From assembly GCA_027317865.1 (NCBI GenBank), contig DAHVQG010000003.1, forward strand, positions 1 to 64,000: a stretch of DNA of 64,000 nt, read 5' to 3'. The notes under the pieces were generated by a model. That model was not told where the DNA came from. It saw nothing but the letters and a program-made list of their open reading frames with translations, and ran no database searches. A program made the translations under genes and the position numbers. Source of the stretch: Bdellovibrionales bacterium. Its GTDB lineage: Bacteria > Bdellovibrionota > Bdellovibrionia > Bdellovibrionales > UBA1609. Positions 52,653 to 62,780 of this stretch are shown one piece after another. The number at the start of each line of letters is the position of its first letter. The stretch's first letter is position 1.

Positions 52653-53928
52653 TCAGATAATCAAAATGGGTTGAGATGAAAAGCTTTTCGGCATTGTAGC
52701 GAGTTGTCTGTACGTCCAACACATCTTGAGTTGTTGCGATACCACGCCGGTAGTCGCTCATTCCGCGAATTAAAGCCTGGCGGGCAATGAGGTCGGCTTG
52801 GCGCGCGAGTAGTAGGCGTTTGTAGCTCGCTTTTAACTCGGTAAGTTCAGACTGTAGTTGTGCTCCGATCTGCAATTGCGAGGCTTCGAGGGCACGTGTT
52901 GCGCTTTCGGTTTGCTCCGCGTAGCTACGTCGCTTGTAAATGGAACTGAGCCCCGAGAACAACGGCACTTTGAGCTCCAGCATGACTTGTGAAAAGTTAT
53001 TATTGGGATCAATCCACATCGACGCGTTTGCCGATTGGTAACCGTATTCACCGGTCAAATAAAGGCTGGGCATATCTTGCGACAAGTCTACGGCCTTTTG
53101 ATTGGCAATTTCGTTACGTTGTTTTTTAAGCAGCAAAATGTCGGGATTATCGACCATGGCTTTTGCCACGGCATCGATGGTGTTGAGGACTTCGACCTTT
53201 TCTGAAACTAATTTAGTTGGTACAGCAATTTCAGGCGGCTCGGGGAGCGCCAAAAGTTGGCGCAATTGCTCTAGTTGCTGCTTGAGTTGTGACTCGGCAT
53301 TATTTTGGTCGGCTCGCGCTGAGAGCAGATTAACGTCGGCCTGCATTTCATCAATGACGCGCGCGCGGCCAATTTTACGGTAGTACCGTATGACATTGTC
53401 GTAGTTACGCAGGATTTCGACGTTTTTAGTCGCCGCGTGGGCGAGGTGATATTGTTCAGCATAATTGTAATATGCCGTCACAAGATTCAGCACAAGATTT
53501 TGCTTATCCGATTGATTTTGAAGCATTTGAGCTTGTTCCATTTGCCGGCGCAAGGCAATGCCACTTGAAATCAATCCGCCAACGTAAAGTGGCTGAGATG
53601 CTCCGATATAGCTTTTGTAAAACTGGTTGCCGAACATCGCCGATAGCGGGCTGCTGGTTGTAGTTGAAGTGAAACCCGCATAGTGGTTCATTGTTTCGCT
53701 GGCGTCGGCGTAAATAGTCGGAAACACTCCCGCTTTATATTCGTTCGTTTGTGCGCGCATGCTGGCCAGACTGGCGTCGTCTTTTTTAATTATGGGCGAG
53801 CGATCAATGCCAATTCGCACAATTTCTGCCAATTGCAATTTGCGGGCTTGGCTTGTGCTCGAAATGAAGACAGCTGCTGCCAAAAATAAGAAGGTCGCAA
53901 GCCGTGTTGCTTCGTGAGTAATTCTCAT
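52591..53928 (-). CDS. TolC-family outer membrane efflux protein
   Basis: Signal peptide; QPLY.GG, ELKVPLFSG, YRRG.....DVL; GAGGTG RBS before ATG 53928. Confidence 0.92.
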   Translation of the reverse strand: MRITHEATRLATFLFLAAAVFISSTSQARKLQLAEIVRIGIDRSPIIKKDDASLASMRAQTNEYKAGVFPTIYADASETMNHYAGFTSTTTSSPLSAMFGNQFYKSYIGASQPLYVGGLISSGIALRRQMEQAQMLQNQSDKQNLVLNLVTAYYNYAEQYHLAHAATKNVEILRNYDNVIRYYRKIGRARVIDEMQADVNLLSARADQNNAESQLKQQLEQLRQLLALPEPPEIAVPTKLVSEKVEVLNTIDAVAKAMVDNPDILLLKKQRNEIANQKAVDLSQDMPSLYLTGEYGYQSANASMWIDPNNNFSQVMLELKVPLFSGLSSIYKRRSYAEQTESATRALEASQLQIGAQLQSELTELKASYKRLLLARQADLIARQALIRGMSDYRRGIATTQDVLDVQTTRYNAEKLFISTHFDYLITLATARKLMGVDLERVYGQ

Positions 53929-54094
53929 GTTGAACACCTCATTCATCCATAGTTTAGAAGATGCCTGACTGCGTGCCCAGACCTGAAATTGTTGAAGGAA
54001 TGTTAAAGATAGGCTATGAATTGTGGCTTCGTAACGGTGATTAGTCACTTCGAGTCGCGATTCGCCGATATTTTGGCAAACGGATCGTGGATAA

Positions 54095-54170
54095 GCGGGT
54101 GTAGCTCAGTTGATAGAGCGTCGGCTTCCCAAGCCGAAGGTCGTGGGTTTGAGACCCATCACCCGCTCCA
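54095..54170 (+). tRNA. tRNA-Gly(CCC), non-canonical A19/U56
   Basis: GCGGGTG...TCGGC-TTCCCAA-GCCGA...GTGGG-TTTGAGA-CCCAT...TCCA. Confidence 0.92.
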
Positions 54171-54262
54171 AGCTAAGGTTTTGAAAACCTTAAGCTTACC
54201 GGATCGCGACCCACCTTCGACTTAAGTTTATTTAGGATCTTGCCACAAATTTGCCACGGATT

Positions 54263-54553
54263 TCATTCAAGATTATAGCCAATGGTTTCGTATACGTTTT
54301 TCAGCAGAAATATCGTAGGGTTTAATTCTGCGATAATTACTTTCAATTGGTCACATTCAGATTTCAACTCTGTCATCGCGATTGTCGTTGAATCAAAAAT
54401 GGGCTCGTTGGGCGTATTTAACCTTCGGCCCTGTCCAATCCAGTACTTTGCTGTTGTTCGAGGAATATTGAGATGAGGGAATAGGTTTGTTCGTCCCGTT
54501 TTTACAAATAGCGATTTTACCCACGGCTCATAAGAAGCATACTTACGTCGTCT
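54263..54553 (-). pseudogene. N-terminal fragment of a putative transposase
   Basis: 97-codon open frame with no start codon at its 5' end, RRKYASYEPWVK...TNLFPHLNIPRTTAKYWI; resembles the HTH N-terminus of DDE transposases (recalled, not searched). Confidence 0.45.
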
Positions 54554-56732
54554 TTACTGATAATCGCGGCGCAGTTAACCACATAACAGTGTTACTCATA
54601 CTCGTACAGCGCAATATTATTATTTACAGTTAAAACTGCGTAAATTTTCGAGTTGAGAGTAAATAGAGAATCAACGACTTCACCGCTCGGTGCTAAGGTT
54701 GACATTTGCGTAACAGTACTGCCGTTGTATGAATAAAGATGCGGCTTTCCTGAAGCATCGTTGGCTTGAAAATAAACAATTGAATTGATCACCGCTTCCA
54801 GAATTGGTGAATCGTTGCCTCCCCCGCTAGTATTCGAAATTTGGGAAACAGATGTACCATCATACTTGTATAAATGCTGATTTGAATTCGCATCGTTATT
54901 TATAAAAAAAAGATTTGGCCCGTCAAAGTCGAGAGCGCTTGGACTATCAGTGCTTGCGTTGGTGATTTGTTTCACAGTCGAACCATTATAGTAATATAGG
55001 TGTTGTGTGCCTCCGGAATCGTTAGCAGTAAAATAAAGTGTGGATCCATTGAGGGTTAGATTTGACGGACCGTCATTACCGCCCCCGCTTGTATTTGAAA
55101 CCTGCGCTACTGTTGTGCCATTGTAAAAGTAAATATGGTCATCTCCACTTGAATTGTGCGCTGAAAAATAAATTCCTGAACTTGTCGGGGTAAAAAGACT
55201 GTAATAGCTATTTGCATAACCTAAAATAAAACCGCCAGACTGGTTTAGATCGCTATTGCCTGGTCCAGATGTCGATGACACTTGAAGTACCGAGGTGCCA
55301 TTATAAAAATACAAGTGCGAGTAACCTCCACTGTCTTCTGCGCCAAAATAAAACCCAGAGCCCGAGAGAGTTAGATCGCCAGGATAATCGTTGCCGCCGG
55401 AGCTTGTATTTGAAATTTGTGTGACGGTTGAACCGTTATAGACATAAATATGTTCGTCACCTGTTGAGTTGGCTCCAACAAAATATAAATTTGACCCGGA
55501 TACCGTTAGGTTTTGCGGATGATCACTGCCGCCCGAGCTGGTGTTTGAAATTTGGGTCACGCTTGTGCCATTGTAGCAATAGATATGACTTTTAGATGAA
55601 GCCACGCCAACAAAGCAAAGGTTCGTACCGAACGGCGTCAGGTATAAAATATTTTGAAAGTTCGTGGCTGTGATTTGTGATGCAGTTGAACCGTTATACA
55701 TATAGACGTTTTCTTGCCCGAGTGCATTTGCCGCCGTGAAATAAAGATTGCCGTTGAGCGGGGTTAGGTTACTTGCAATATAGCTGGCGAAGTCGTTGCC
55801 GCCATTTGTGTTTGTGGTATTCGAGACTTGTTGAAAATGGGTGCCGTCGAAACTGAAAATATGTTCACGTTCTATGTTATTAAGTTGGCCCCACAGTGAG
55901 TCGTAATAAGGGCCTGAAAAGTTTTCTGAATCAATGGAGTAGCTCGTTAGAGTCGTAAAGTAGGCGTTGTTACCGCCAATAGTTGGAGTGCCAATGTTAT
56001 CGTCGCCCGCAACGTTATTGCTAGGTTGGCTGAGCTTTGAAACGGAGCTGCCATTGTAAAGATACAAGTGAGTATAGCCGCTAGAGTCGGCCGCCGAAAA
56101 ATAGACATTGCTCCCTGAAATTCCGAGCACCGTAGCGGCATCCCCTCCCGATGGGTTAGTCGATGAAATTTGCGTTACGTTTGTCCCGTTATATAAATAA
56201 AGATGTCCGTAACCGTTTGAGTCATGTGCTGAAAAATACAGATCGCCGCCTGAAACCATGAGGCCAAATGGATTGTCATTGCCGCCAGAGCTCGTATTGG
56301 AAATCTGTGTGACGGTTGAGCCGTTCGTGTAATATACGTGATAATCTCCTGTTGTAGTCGGGTCGTCGACAAAATAAGCATCAGTTCCGGATGCAACAAG
56401 GTCGTAGTCTGAAGCTGAGTTTGATAGTAAAGTAGTTGAGGAGCCATTATAAACAAAGAGTTGGAAAAAATTAAAATAAACATTCGAACCTGCGGGGACG
56501 GCATTGGTAAAATTGCCCGCTGACGTTAAGCTGTAAAGGTTGGATATGGTGCTGCCATTAAAACTACCCAGGGTTTTGAGAAACGTTGAGCTATTTAGGT
56601 AACCAAAATAAACTTTACCAGAACCGGCAAAGAGTCCGCTTAAGGCCATTAATCCCGTGGGCACTGATGTAGTTGTGCTACCATTCCAAGCATAAACATA
56701 GGTGTGGTTGATCCAATACAGATATGCGCCGA

Positions 56733-58089
56733 GAGGGCGAAAATTTTTTTGTGTAAACCAACCAAGTTAATAGATCAGTTCACAGTTTCTGGGATGCGGT
56801 CGCCAAAAACAATTTTTAGCTGACCGAGCATCTGAGCCCAGCCGAGCTTACTCTTAAACGCCCCCTTTAAGTCAAGTGTCGCGAGATAGAGCATCTTTTT
56901 TAAAGCGTCGTCCGTTGGGAAGGCGCCCTTGGTTTTCGTGACCTTGCGGTACTGACGGTGCAGCGCCTCGACGGCATTTGTCGTGTAAATCATTTTTCGT
57001 ATCTCCGGCGGAAAGGCGTAAAATGTCGATAAATTCGTCCAGTTATTCTTCCACCCCGCAACAGCAGACGGACACTTTGGCGACCACTTTTCATCGAGCT
57101 TTAATAAATTTGTCTCGGCCACGTCGAGCGTCGGCGCCCGGTAAACCTCTTTCAGATCCGCCAGAAATTCCTTGTGATACTTCGAGCCCAAGTAACGAAG
57201 CGACGCCCGAATTTGGTGCACCACGCAGAGCTGAATCCGCGTATTCGGGTACGCACTTTCGATAGCCTCTGGGAAGCCCTTAAGTCCGTCGACACAAGCG
57301 ATTAAAATATCCTTCACGCCGCGAAGCTTGAGGTCGTTTAAAACCGTCAGCCAAAAATGGGCGCCTTCGGTTTCAGCAAGCCACAGGCCAAGTACATCGA
57401 CTTTGCCGTCGAGATTGATGCCCATGCAGGTATACGCGGCTTTCGATATGACCTTGGCGTCCTGGCGGATTTTGTAGTGGATAGCATCCATAAAAACCAC
57501 CGCGTAAACGTCGTCAAGAGCCCGCTGTTGCCACGCTTGCACGCCCTCTAAGACTTTATCGGTGATTTTTGAAATGAGCGCCTGCGACACTTCAGTGCCA
57601 TAAAATTCTTGCAGCTGTTGGCCGATATCGCGAGTCGACATCCCGCGTGCGTACATCGATGTCACGCGTCTTTCGAGATCGGGATCGAAGCTTTGGTGCT
57701 TAACCACAAACTGCGGCTCGAACGTGCCTTTGCGATCACGGGGGATTTCGATTTCAACTTCGCCCGAAGACGTTTTTATTTTTTTTGTTGAAAATCCGTT
57801 CCGACTGTTATCGGGAGATTTACCGTTTTTCTGATACGGCTCGTAACCGAGATGCGCCTCTTGCTCCGCTTTCAAAATTCTCTCGACGGTGCCCTTAATC
57901 ATTTCTTGCACAACGCCATTACTTCCTGTGAGATCAGAAAGTGACTTCACATTCTTAAGCATCTCCGTCACTTTCGCGACGTCGAACGGTGGGATTTCTT
58001 TTTCCATTTTCCAGCTCCTTCCATGGGTGGACTTCAAAAATCCTAACCCATATTGTTTGGGCTGGTTACACAAAACTTTTTACACTCCC
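56733..58089 (-). mobile_element. Intact IS256-family element (1357 bp)
   Basis: IRs GAGGGCGAAAATTTTTTTGTGTAA / GGGAGTGTAAAAAGTTTTGTGTAA; 8-bp TSD TGCGCCGA at 56725-56732 and 58090-58097. Confidence 0.95.
56775..58007 (-). CDS. IS256 family transposase
   Basis: RNG, IPRDR.G.FEP, MYARGMSTRD, DGLKG, QLCVVH, YTTNAVE; AAGGAG RBS. Confidence 0.96.
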   Translation of the reverse strand: MEKEIPPFDVAKVTEMLKNVKSLSDLTGSNGVVQEMIKGTVERILKAEQEAHLGYEPYQKNGKSPDNSRNGFSTKKIKTSSGEVEIEIPRDRKGTFEPQFVVKHQSFDPDLERRVTSMYARGMSTRDIGQQLQEFYGTEVSQALISKITDKVLEGVQAWQQRALDDVYAVVFMDAIHYKIRQDAKVISKAAYTCMGINLDGKVDVLGLWLAETEGAHFWLTVLNDLKLRGVKDILIACVDGLKGFPEAIESAYPNTRIQLCVVHQIRASLRYLGSKYHKEFLADLKEVYRAPTLDVAETNLLKLDEKWSPKCPSAVAGWKNNWTNLSTFYAFPPEIRKMIYTTNAVEALHRQYRKVTKTKGAFPTDDALKKMLYLATLDLKGAFKSKLGWAQMLGQLKIVFGDRIPETVN

Positions 58090-58716
58090 TGCGCCGACGC
58101 CCACTAACTCTAATCCGTAGCTTCCAGGATTTGCGACATCCGATCCGCCCGGGTTGTTATTTGAAATTTGCACAGTTGTTGAGCCATTGTATTCATAAAC
58201 ATGGCTGTGCGAAGCGGAGTCATCGGCAACATAATAAAGATCGCCACTCCACCAGGTTAAATTTGTTGGAGAATCGTTGCCGCCGGCGCCTGCCGTGCTC
58301 GAAATTTGAAACACTTTTGAGCCATCGTATTCGTAAACATGCTGATTCCCAGTCGAGTCGTTGGCTACGAAATAGAGATTTGTATTATCGGTAACGAGAT
58401 CCGTCGGGGTATCGCTGCCCCCGTTGCTTGTATTAGAAATTTGTACTGCATTTGTGCCGGTGTACTCAAATACATGTTCACCTGTTGTGCCTGTAGCCAC
58501 GTAATACGGCGTTGACCCGACGAACACCATGTCGTGGGGATCTTCGCTTTGGTTGGTGTACGAAACACGTATCATCTGTAGCTGAGTTTGTGGCTGCTGG
58601 TGCACTGTGATTTCAACCCATACCTTTCCACAACCTGTAAGGCTGATCAAAGGTGCCAGAAATAAAATCATTGCGACTAAAGCCGCTAATCGGAAACGTC
58701 CAGTCCGCATAATTAC

Positions 58717-58724
58717 TTATCGGC
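58717..58724 (-). promoter_or_regulatory. Sigma28-like -10 element
   Basis: TAAT-N15-GCCGATAA, 6 nt before ATG 58710. Confidence 0.55.
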
Positions 58725-58856
58725 AAATTTTATGAGCTTATTACATTAGTCATGAATCATATTGAGATTCTTAATTTTAATTTGAGAAAAAATAACGCAT
58801 TAGAAGATTTTCCGTTCTATAGTTTTTAGCGGAACAGTTTGTTCACCGGAGGTACG

Positions 58857-58940
58857 TGGAATGGCCCCCAAATCAACAGGACAGTTGTGTTGTAGTAAGG
58901 AGAAGTGATGGAATTACTAAGAAACTCACGCCGGCGCCGA
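58857..58940 (+). mobile_element. Possible IS3-family left-end remnant
   Basis: TGGAATGGCCCCCAAATCAACAGGACAG resembles IS3-family termini, followed by AAGGAG and a short RRR-containing frame; no orfB. Confidence 0.3.
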
Positions 58941-59315
58941 GATTCGCGGACCGACACTCAGTTTTCGAATTCATTCATTCTAAGCAGTGACATCGCGTCC
59001 TTCGTTGCCAACGCGTTAGTCACGCCGTATGCAATACCAACGGTCAACACAATTGCAAATCCGCCGATTGATCGATTACCGTTACCTTCGAATGTGGGCC
59101 GACCGGGGTCGCCAAGTCTACTGGCATAAAGCTCGCGTTGAGTTTCTTTGAGGCGCAAAATTATGCCCCCCTTGGATCGTCTATTATAGAGACACTGACT
59201 ATTTCCTATACGCTAAAAACTCACACGATGGATAGGGCCTGGCCCATGGTATGCATAAGCAAGAGATAATAGGGTTGAGCTATGGACTTAAGCGCCGATG
59301 AAGTAAACTGGGGAG

Positions 59316-59918
59316 GTGAATACGAAAAACAAAACAATCTACGGTTCCATTTCAATCGTTTTTGTCGCTTCTTTATTTCTATTTCAGAATTGTGCCAAAA
59401 ATCCAAATTTGAGTTCTTATAGCCAACAAGCTTCGACGAGTCCGACACCCACTCCAACTTCTTCCTCTAATCCAACTCCGACACCTTCAACTCAATATCC
59501 AATAAGTGTGGCCCTAGCCGTGTTTGTACAGAGCTATACATCAACCTTGACACTTACGTCTGCGCCGACAAATCCGATTGATATTGGTTACTATTATTCA
59601 GTTGCGTCGCCTGTGCCAAGCGATTTAACAAATTCGAACTTTACTGAAACTATTGAATCATCAAGTGGCTATTTTGCTGCGCAAATGACTTTTCCAAATA
59701 TCATAAATGCCAACGTCCCCGTCGTGAACGGGCAAATGAGTGAGGGCCTCGCAACCGGCATTCAGTTGCCTTCGAATCTGCCACCTGGGACTTACACGCT
59801 TGCCATTGAATTTACAGATTCTTCAGGTAATCCCATCTCTATGCACCCAGAAACAGGTGTGTCACAAGATCAATTTCACTCGGGATACTATGATGTGGGC
59901 ACACTCATAATGAAATAA
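59316..59918 (+). CDS. FQNC-signal lipoprotein with PT linker
   Basis: LFLFQNCA; TPTPT linker; beta-rich domain; start codon ambiguous. Confidence 0.75.
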   Translation: MNTKNKTIYGSISIVFVASLFLFQNCAKNPNLSSYSQQASTSPTPTPTSSSNPTPTPSTQYPISVALAVFVQSYTSTLTLTSAPTNPIDIGYYYSVASPVPSDLTNSNFTETIESSSGYFAAQMTFPNIINANVPVVNGQMSEGLATGIQLPSNLPPGTYTLAIEFTDSSGNPISMHPETGVSQDQFHSGYYDVGTLIMK

Positions 59919-59928
59919 GCACGTATCA

Positions 59929-60240
59929 TTGGACACCGAAGTGTACTGGTATAACGACACAAGCAATTCTTACTCGGGGGGCTTCCCGTTTGACTCAACT
60001 AATGGCGGTTCGTCTTATAGTCCAATCGCTAGCGGCGATGATCAAACCTTTAAAATAACCAGTGGATCGGCGAATTTTATTTACACGTATAATTCTGTGA
60101 ACTCGACTACGTATACAACCTATCCGGCTGGGCAGTCGATAACGATTGACGGTGGAGTGGCTGGCAAATTAACTTTCGTCCCGTCGTCCACGCAACCTTC
60201 CAGTACAACCGAAAGCGACTCAGTGATGGTTTTGCAATAG
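59929..60240 (+). CDS. Fragment of a Ser/Thr-rich extracellular protein
   Basis: 103-aa ORF with no signal peptide or RBS. Confidence 0.4.
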   Translation: MDTEVYWYNDTSNSYSGGFPFDSTNGGSSYSPIASGDDQTFKITSGSANFIYTYNSVNSTTYTTYPAGQSITIDGGVAGKLTFVPSSTQPSSTTESDSVMVLQ

Positions 60241-60477
60241 TGGCGGTTACTTCATCTTAACGTCAGTAAAATTCCCGATGCGCTGGTCATCCAACAAGGT
60301 GGATGACCTTAGAATTTTTGATCATACTAATTGACGTCATAACCGATCCTTTAGGCAGAGCGATAACGCCAAGAAATAATTTCTCAAAGATCAGAATTTT
60401 CATCGTAGCGAAGTAAAACTGTGGTCAACATTCGCCATTTATGCGAAGCGAGTCACAGTTAAAGTTGGGGGATATTC

Positions 60478-61350
60478 ATGAAAATCGCCGCACTCGCGTT
60501 TTTGTTATTGTATTGCTGCACAATTTTGGCCATTACGGGAGGCAAAACGGTTTCACCAAGTGATCCTATTGCCAAACACCTCGCTTATCTCGAAATGTAT
60601 GGAGCTAACGGGCAGCCATACAATTGCACGAGCGTCATTATCGCCAAGAATATGCTTCTCACTGCAGCTCATTGCGCGAAGTTTTACGCTCCGTGGAGGA
60701 TGTGGGCGGCATTTACAACTCAAGTTCAAAAATACAATCAAAATTGGGCATCCGCAGAATATAAAAAGGGCAATCTTATACAGGTAAAAACATATGCTGT
60801 GAATAAAGCCTATGTCGTATACGAATCACCTTCTTATAACTTCAAAACGGAAACAACAAAGCAATACGACAAAATAGCCGATCAATACTTTGCCAACTAC
60901 GTCCGGCACGCCGCCGATCTTGCTGTTGTTGTTTTAACAAAAAATATTCCGCCTGGATTTCAACCCGTGCCCATTTATCAAGGACAAATTTCAGACAATA
61001 CGATTCTTACGATTAGTGGATATGGGCTAAACAGCGTTCAGGATTACCTCGGTGGTGCCGTTAACACGTTCACACTTCGCAAAGTGCGGATGAAGATCAA
61101 CCAGATTAACAAAAATACTTTTGGTAGTAACGGAGTTTCGCAGACGGACTCCGTTTGTAGTGGCGACTCGGGCGGCGCGGCGTTTATCCGACAAAACGGA
61201 AAGCTTTATTTAGCCGGAACAACAATTCTTGGTTCGTGTGGCAAAAACCGCGAACAGAACATTTTCGAGCAAGACAAAACGTTTAAAAATTGGATTTTGA
61301 ATCAAGCCCCGGCCCAAGCACAAAAGTTTCTCGCTAAGGTTACGAATTAA
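60478..61350 (+). CDS. Secreted trypsin-like serine protease
   Basis: ITGG N-terminus, LLTAAHC, DLAVV, CSGDSGG. Confidence 0.93.
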   Translation: MKIAALAFLLLYCCTILAITGGKTVSPSDPIAKHLAYLEMYGANGQPYNCTSVIIAKNMLLTAAHCAKFYAPWRMWAAFTTQVQKYNQNWASAEYKKGNLIQVKTYAVNKAYVVYESPSYNFKTETTKQYDKIADQYFANYVRHAADLAVVVLTKNIPPGFQPVPIYQGQISDNTILTISGYGLNSVQDYLGGAVNTFTLRKVRMKINQINKNTFGSNGVSQTDSVCSGDSGGAAFIRQNGKLYLAGTTILGSCGKNREQNIFEQDKTFKNWILNQAPAQAQKFLAKVTN

Positions 61351-61385
61351 GACATCAGTTATTGGCGGCGAAGGCAGCCGTAATA

Positions 61386-61799
61386 TTATTTGCCGTCGCA
61401 TTCAGCAATGGCTTTCAGGGTGGATTGATTCACGTAATACGGTTTCGACGTTGTGAAACAATCCAAAAAACCACTGCCGGCTCTATTGCATTTATTTACG
61501 GCCGCAGCTGAATTGAACCAGCCCGAATTTAGCGCTGTTGAATAACAGTCGTCAAAACCGCCCGCAGCTCTTTTGCACTCGTCGACAGCTTGGATATGAG
61601 TATACCGTCCCGTATTTAATGCGTCCTTATAGCAATCGGCAAAGCCGCTACCGGCTCTGTTACATTCTCCGATTGCATCCACTCTGGGGATCCACCCTTT
61701 TGCGGCTGAATAGCAATCGCTAAAACCTGACGCAAAAACCGGTTGACTCAAGGTAAAAAACAATAAGAACAAAACAAAAATAGATTTGCGGTGTGGCAT
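61386..61799 (-). CDS. Secreted Cys-repeat protein
   Basis: Signal ending VFA; four [SG]GFxDC[YF]...A[VI]xxC repeats. Confidence 0.8.
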   Translation of the reverse strand: MPHRKSIFVLFLLFFTLSQPVFASGFSDCYSAAKGWIPRVDAIGECNRAGSGFADCYKDALNTGRYTHIQAVDECKRAAGGFDDCYSTALNSGWFNSAAAVNKCNRAGSGFLDCFTTSKPYYVNQSTLKAIAECDGK

Positions 61800-61966
61800 C
61801 TCGGACCTCCAGGCGTCTTTGCGATCTCACATAATTCAATAATTGTGCCACTGCTAAACGAGCCCCGGCCGACGGGTGGGGCGATGAGCTGCTTAATTGG
61901 TAGACATAATGAGGACGAAAATTGGCGCTTCGAAAATCCGGCAGCCGCATCTCAAGGTAAATTAGT

Positions 61967-62329
61967 CTATGATTTTTCTTTTAGTTTAAATATGTCAGCG
62001 ATTGCCCGATCAAAACTGTCTTTGGGCATAAAACCAGACGACATAACCGGGTCGCCTGCAACTGGGATGAACAATACGGCGGGGATGCCGCGAATCCCAA
62101 ACATGGCCGCTAATTCGGGCGACGCTTCGGTATCGACTTTGTAGACATCGATTTTGCCGGCATAGGCAGTTGCAACTTCTTGCAATACCGGGGCAAGTGC
62201 ACGGCATGGCCCACACCAATCGGCATAAAAGTCGACGATAACCGGGCGTTCGCCGTTATATGCCCACTCCTTATTAGTTTCATAGTTGAACACTTTCGCT
62301 TTGAATGTTTCATTATTTAAAACTTCCAT
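61967..62329 (-). CDS. trxA: Thioredoxin
   Basis: VDFYADWCGPC, GIRGIP. Confidence 0.93.
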   Translation of the reverse strand: MEVLNNETFKAKVFNYETNKEWAYNGERPVIVDFYADWCGPCRALAPVLQEVATAYAGKIDVYKVDTEASPELAAMFGIRGIPAVLFIPVAGDPVMSSGFMPKDSFDRAIADIFKLKEKS

Positions 62330-62354
62330 CTTGCACCACCTTTTAAAATATAAT

Positions 62355-62374
62355 ATATTATCATTTTATAATAT
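62355..62374. promoter_or_regulatory. Probable ArsR operator
   Basis: ATATTAT-N6-ATAATAT between the divergent trx and arsR genes. Confidence 0.5.
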
Positions 62375-62447
62375 GTCAATTTGATGATTGACGAATCTTA
62401 TAATGAAACAGTCGGGGTTGAAATAACAGCGCGCCGGAGGGTTTAAA

Positions 62448-62756
62448 ATGGCAACGGCCATATCGATTCAAAAGATAGAACGAACATGCGAGGACGTCAG
62501 CCAAATTTTAAAAGCTTTGGCGCACCCGGGTCGTCTTTTAATTTTAGGTCATCTTCTGAATGGGCCCAAAACGGTGACCGAATTGACGGACTTGTGCCAC
62601 ATTTCGCAGTCGCAGATGTCGCAATTTCTTATGCGAATGAAGATCGAGGGGCTTGTGAGTGTCGAAAGCGATGGAAAGTATCGAATTTATTCTGTCGCCG
62701 ATAAACGTCTCGGCCGCCTGCTCATGACGATTCAGCACGAATATTGCCAAAATTAA
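62448..62756 (+). CDS. ArsR/SmtB-family regulator
   Basis: LKALAHPGRLLIL, SQSQMSQFL, GLV; C-terminal YC. Confidence 0.92.
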   Translation: MATAISIQKIERTCEDVSQILKALAHPGRLLILGHLLNGPKTVTELTDLCHISQSQMSQFLMRMKIEGLVSVESDGKYRIYSVADKRLGRLLMTIQHEYCQN

Positions 62757-62780
62757 ATCGCAAACGCGAGGAGGCCAATT

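Larger units (their letters stand above)
54592..58710 (-). pseudogene. Beta-propeller repeat surface lipoprotein (917 aa) interrupted by IS256
   Basis: Removing the IS and one TSD joins ..ELVGVGA|YLYWINH.. in frame; LTGC lipobox; ~46-aa QISNTSxGGxDxP..LYFxAxDSxGxxHLYxYNG repeats on both sides. Confidence 0.9.

Noticed and set aside
53929-54048. Longer TolC start
   Set aside because: The signal peptide and GAGGTG RBS fit ATG 53928.
58905-59158. Two opposing short ORFs
   Set aside because: Neither has recognisable motifs; they are probably debris.
61860-61960. c-di-GMP or other riboswitch
   Set aside because: A GC-rich hairpin only; the conserved GGCAAA/GCAAA and tetraloop-receptor elements are absent.
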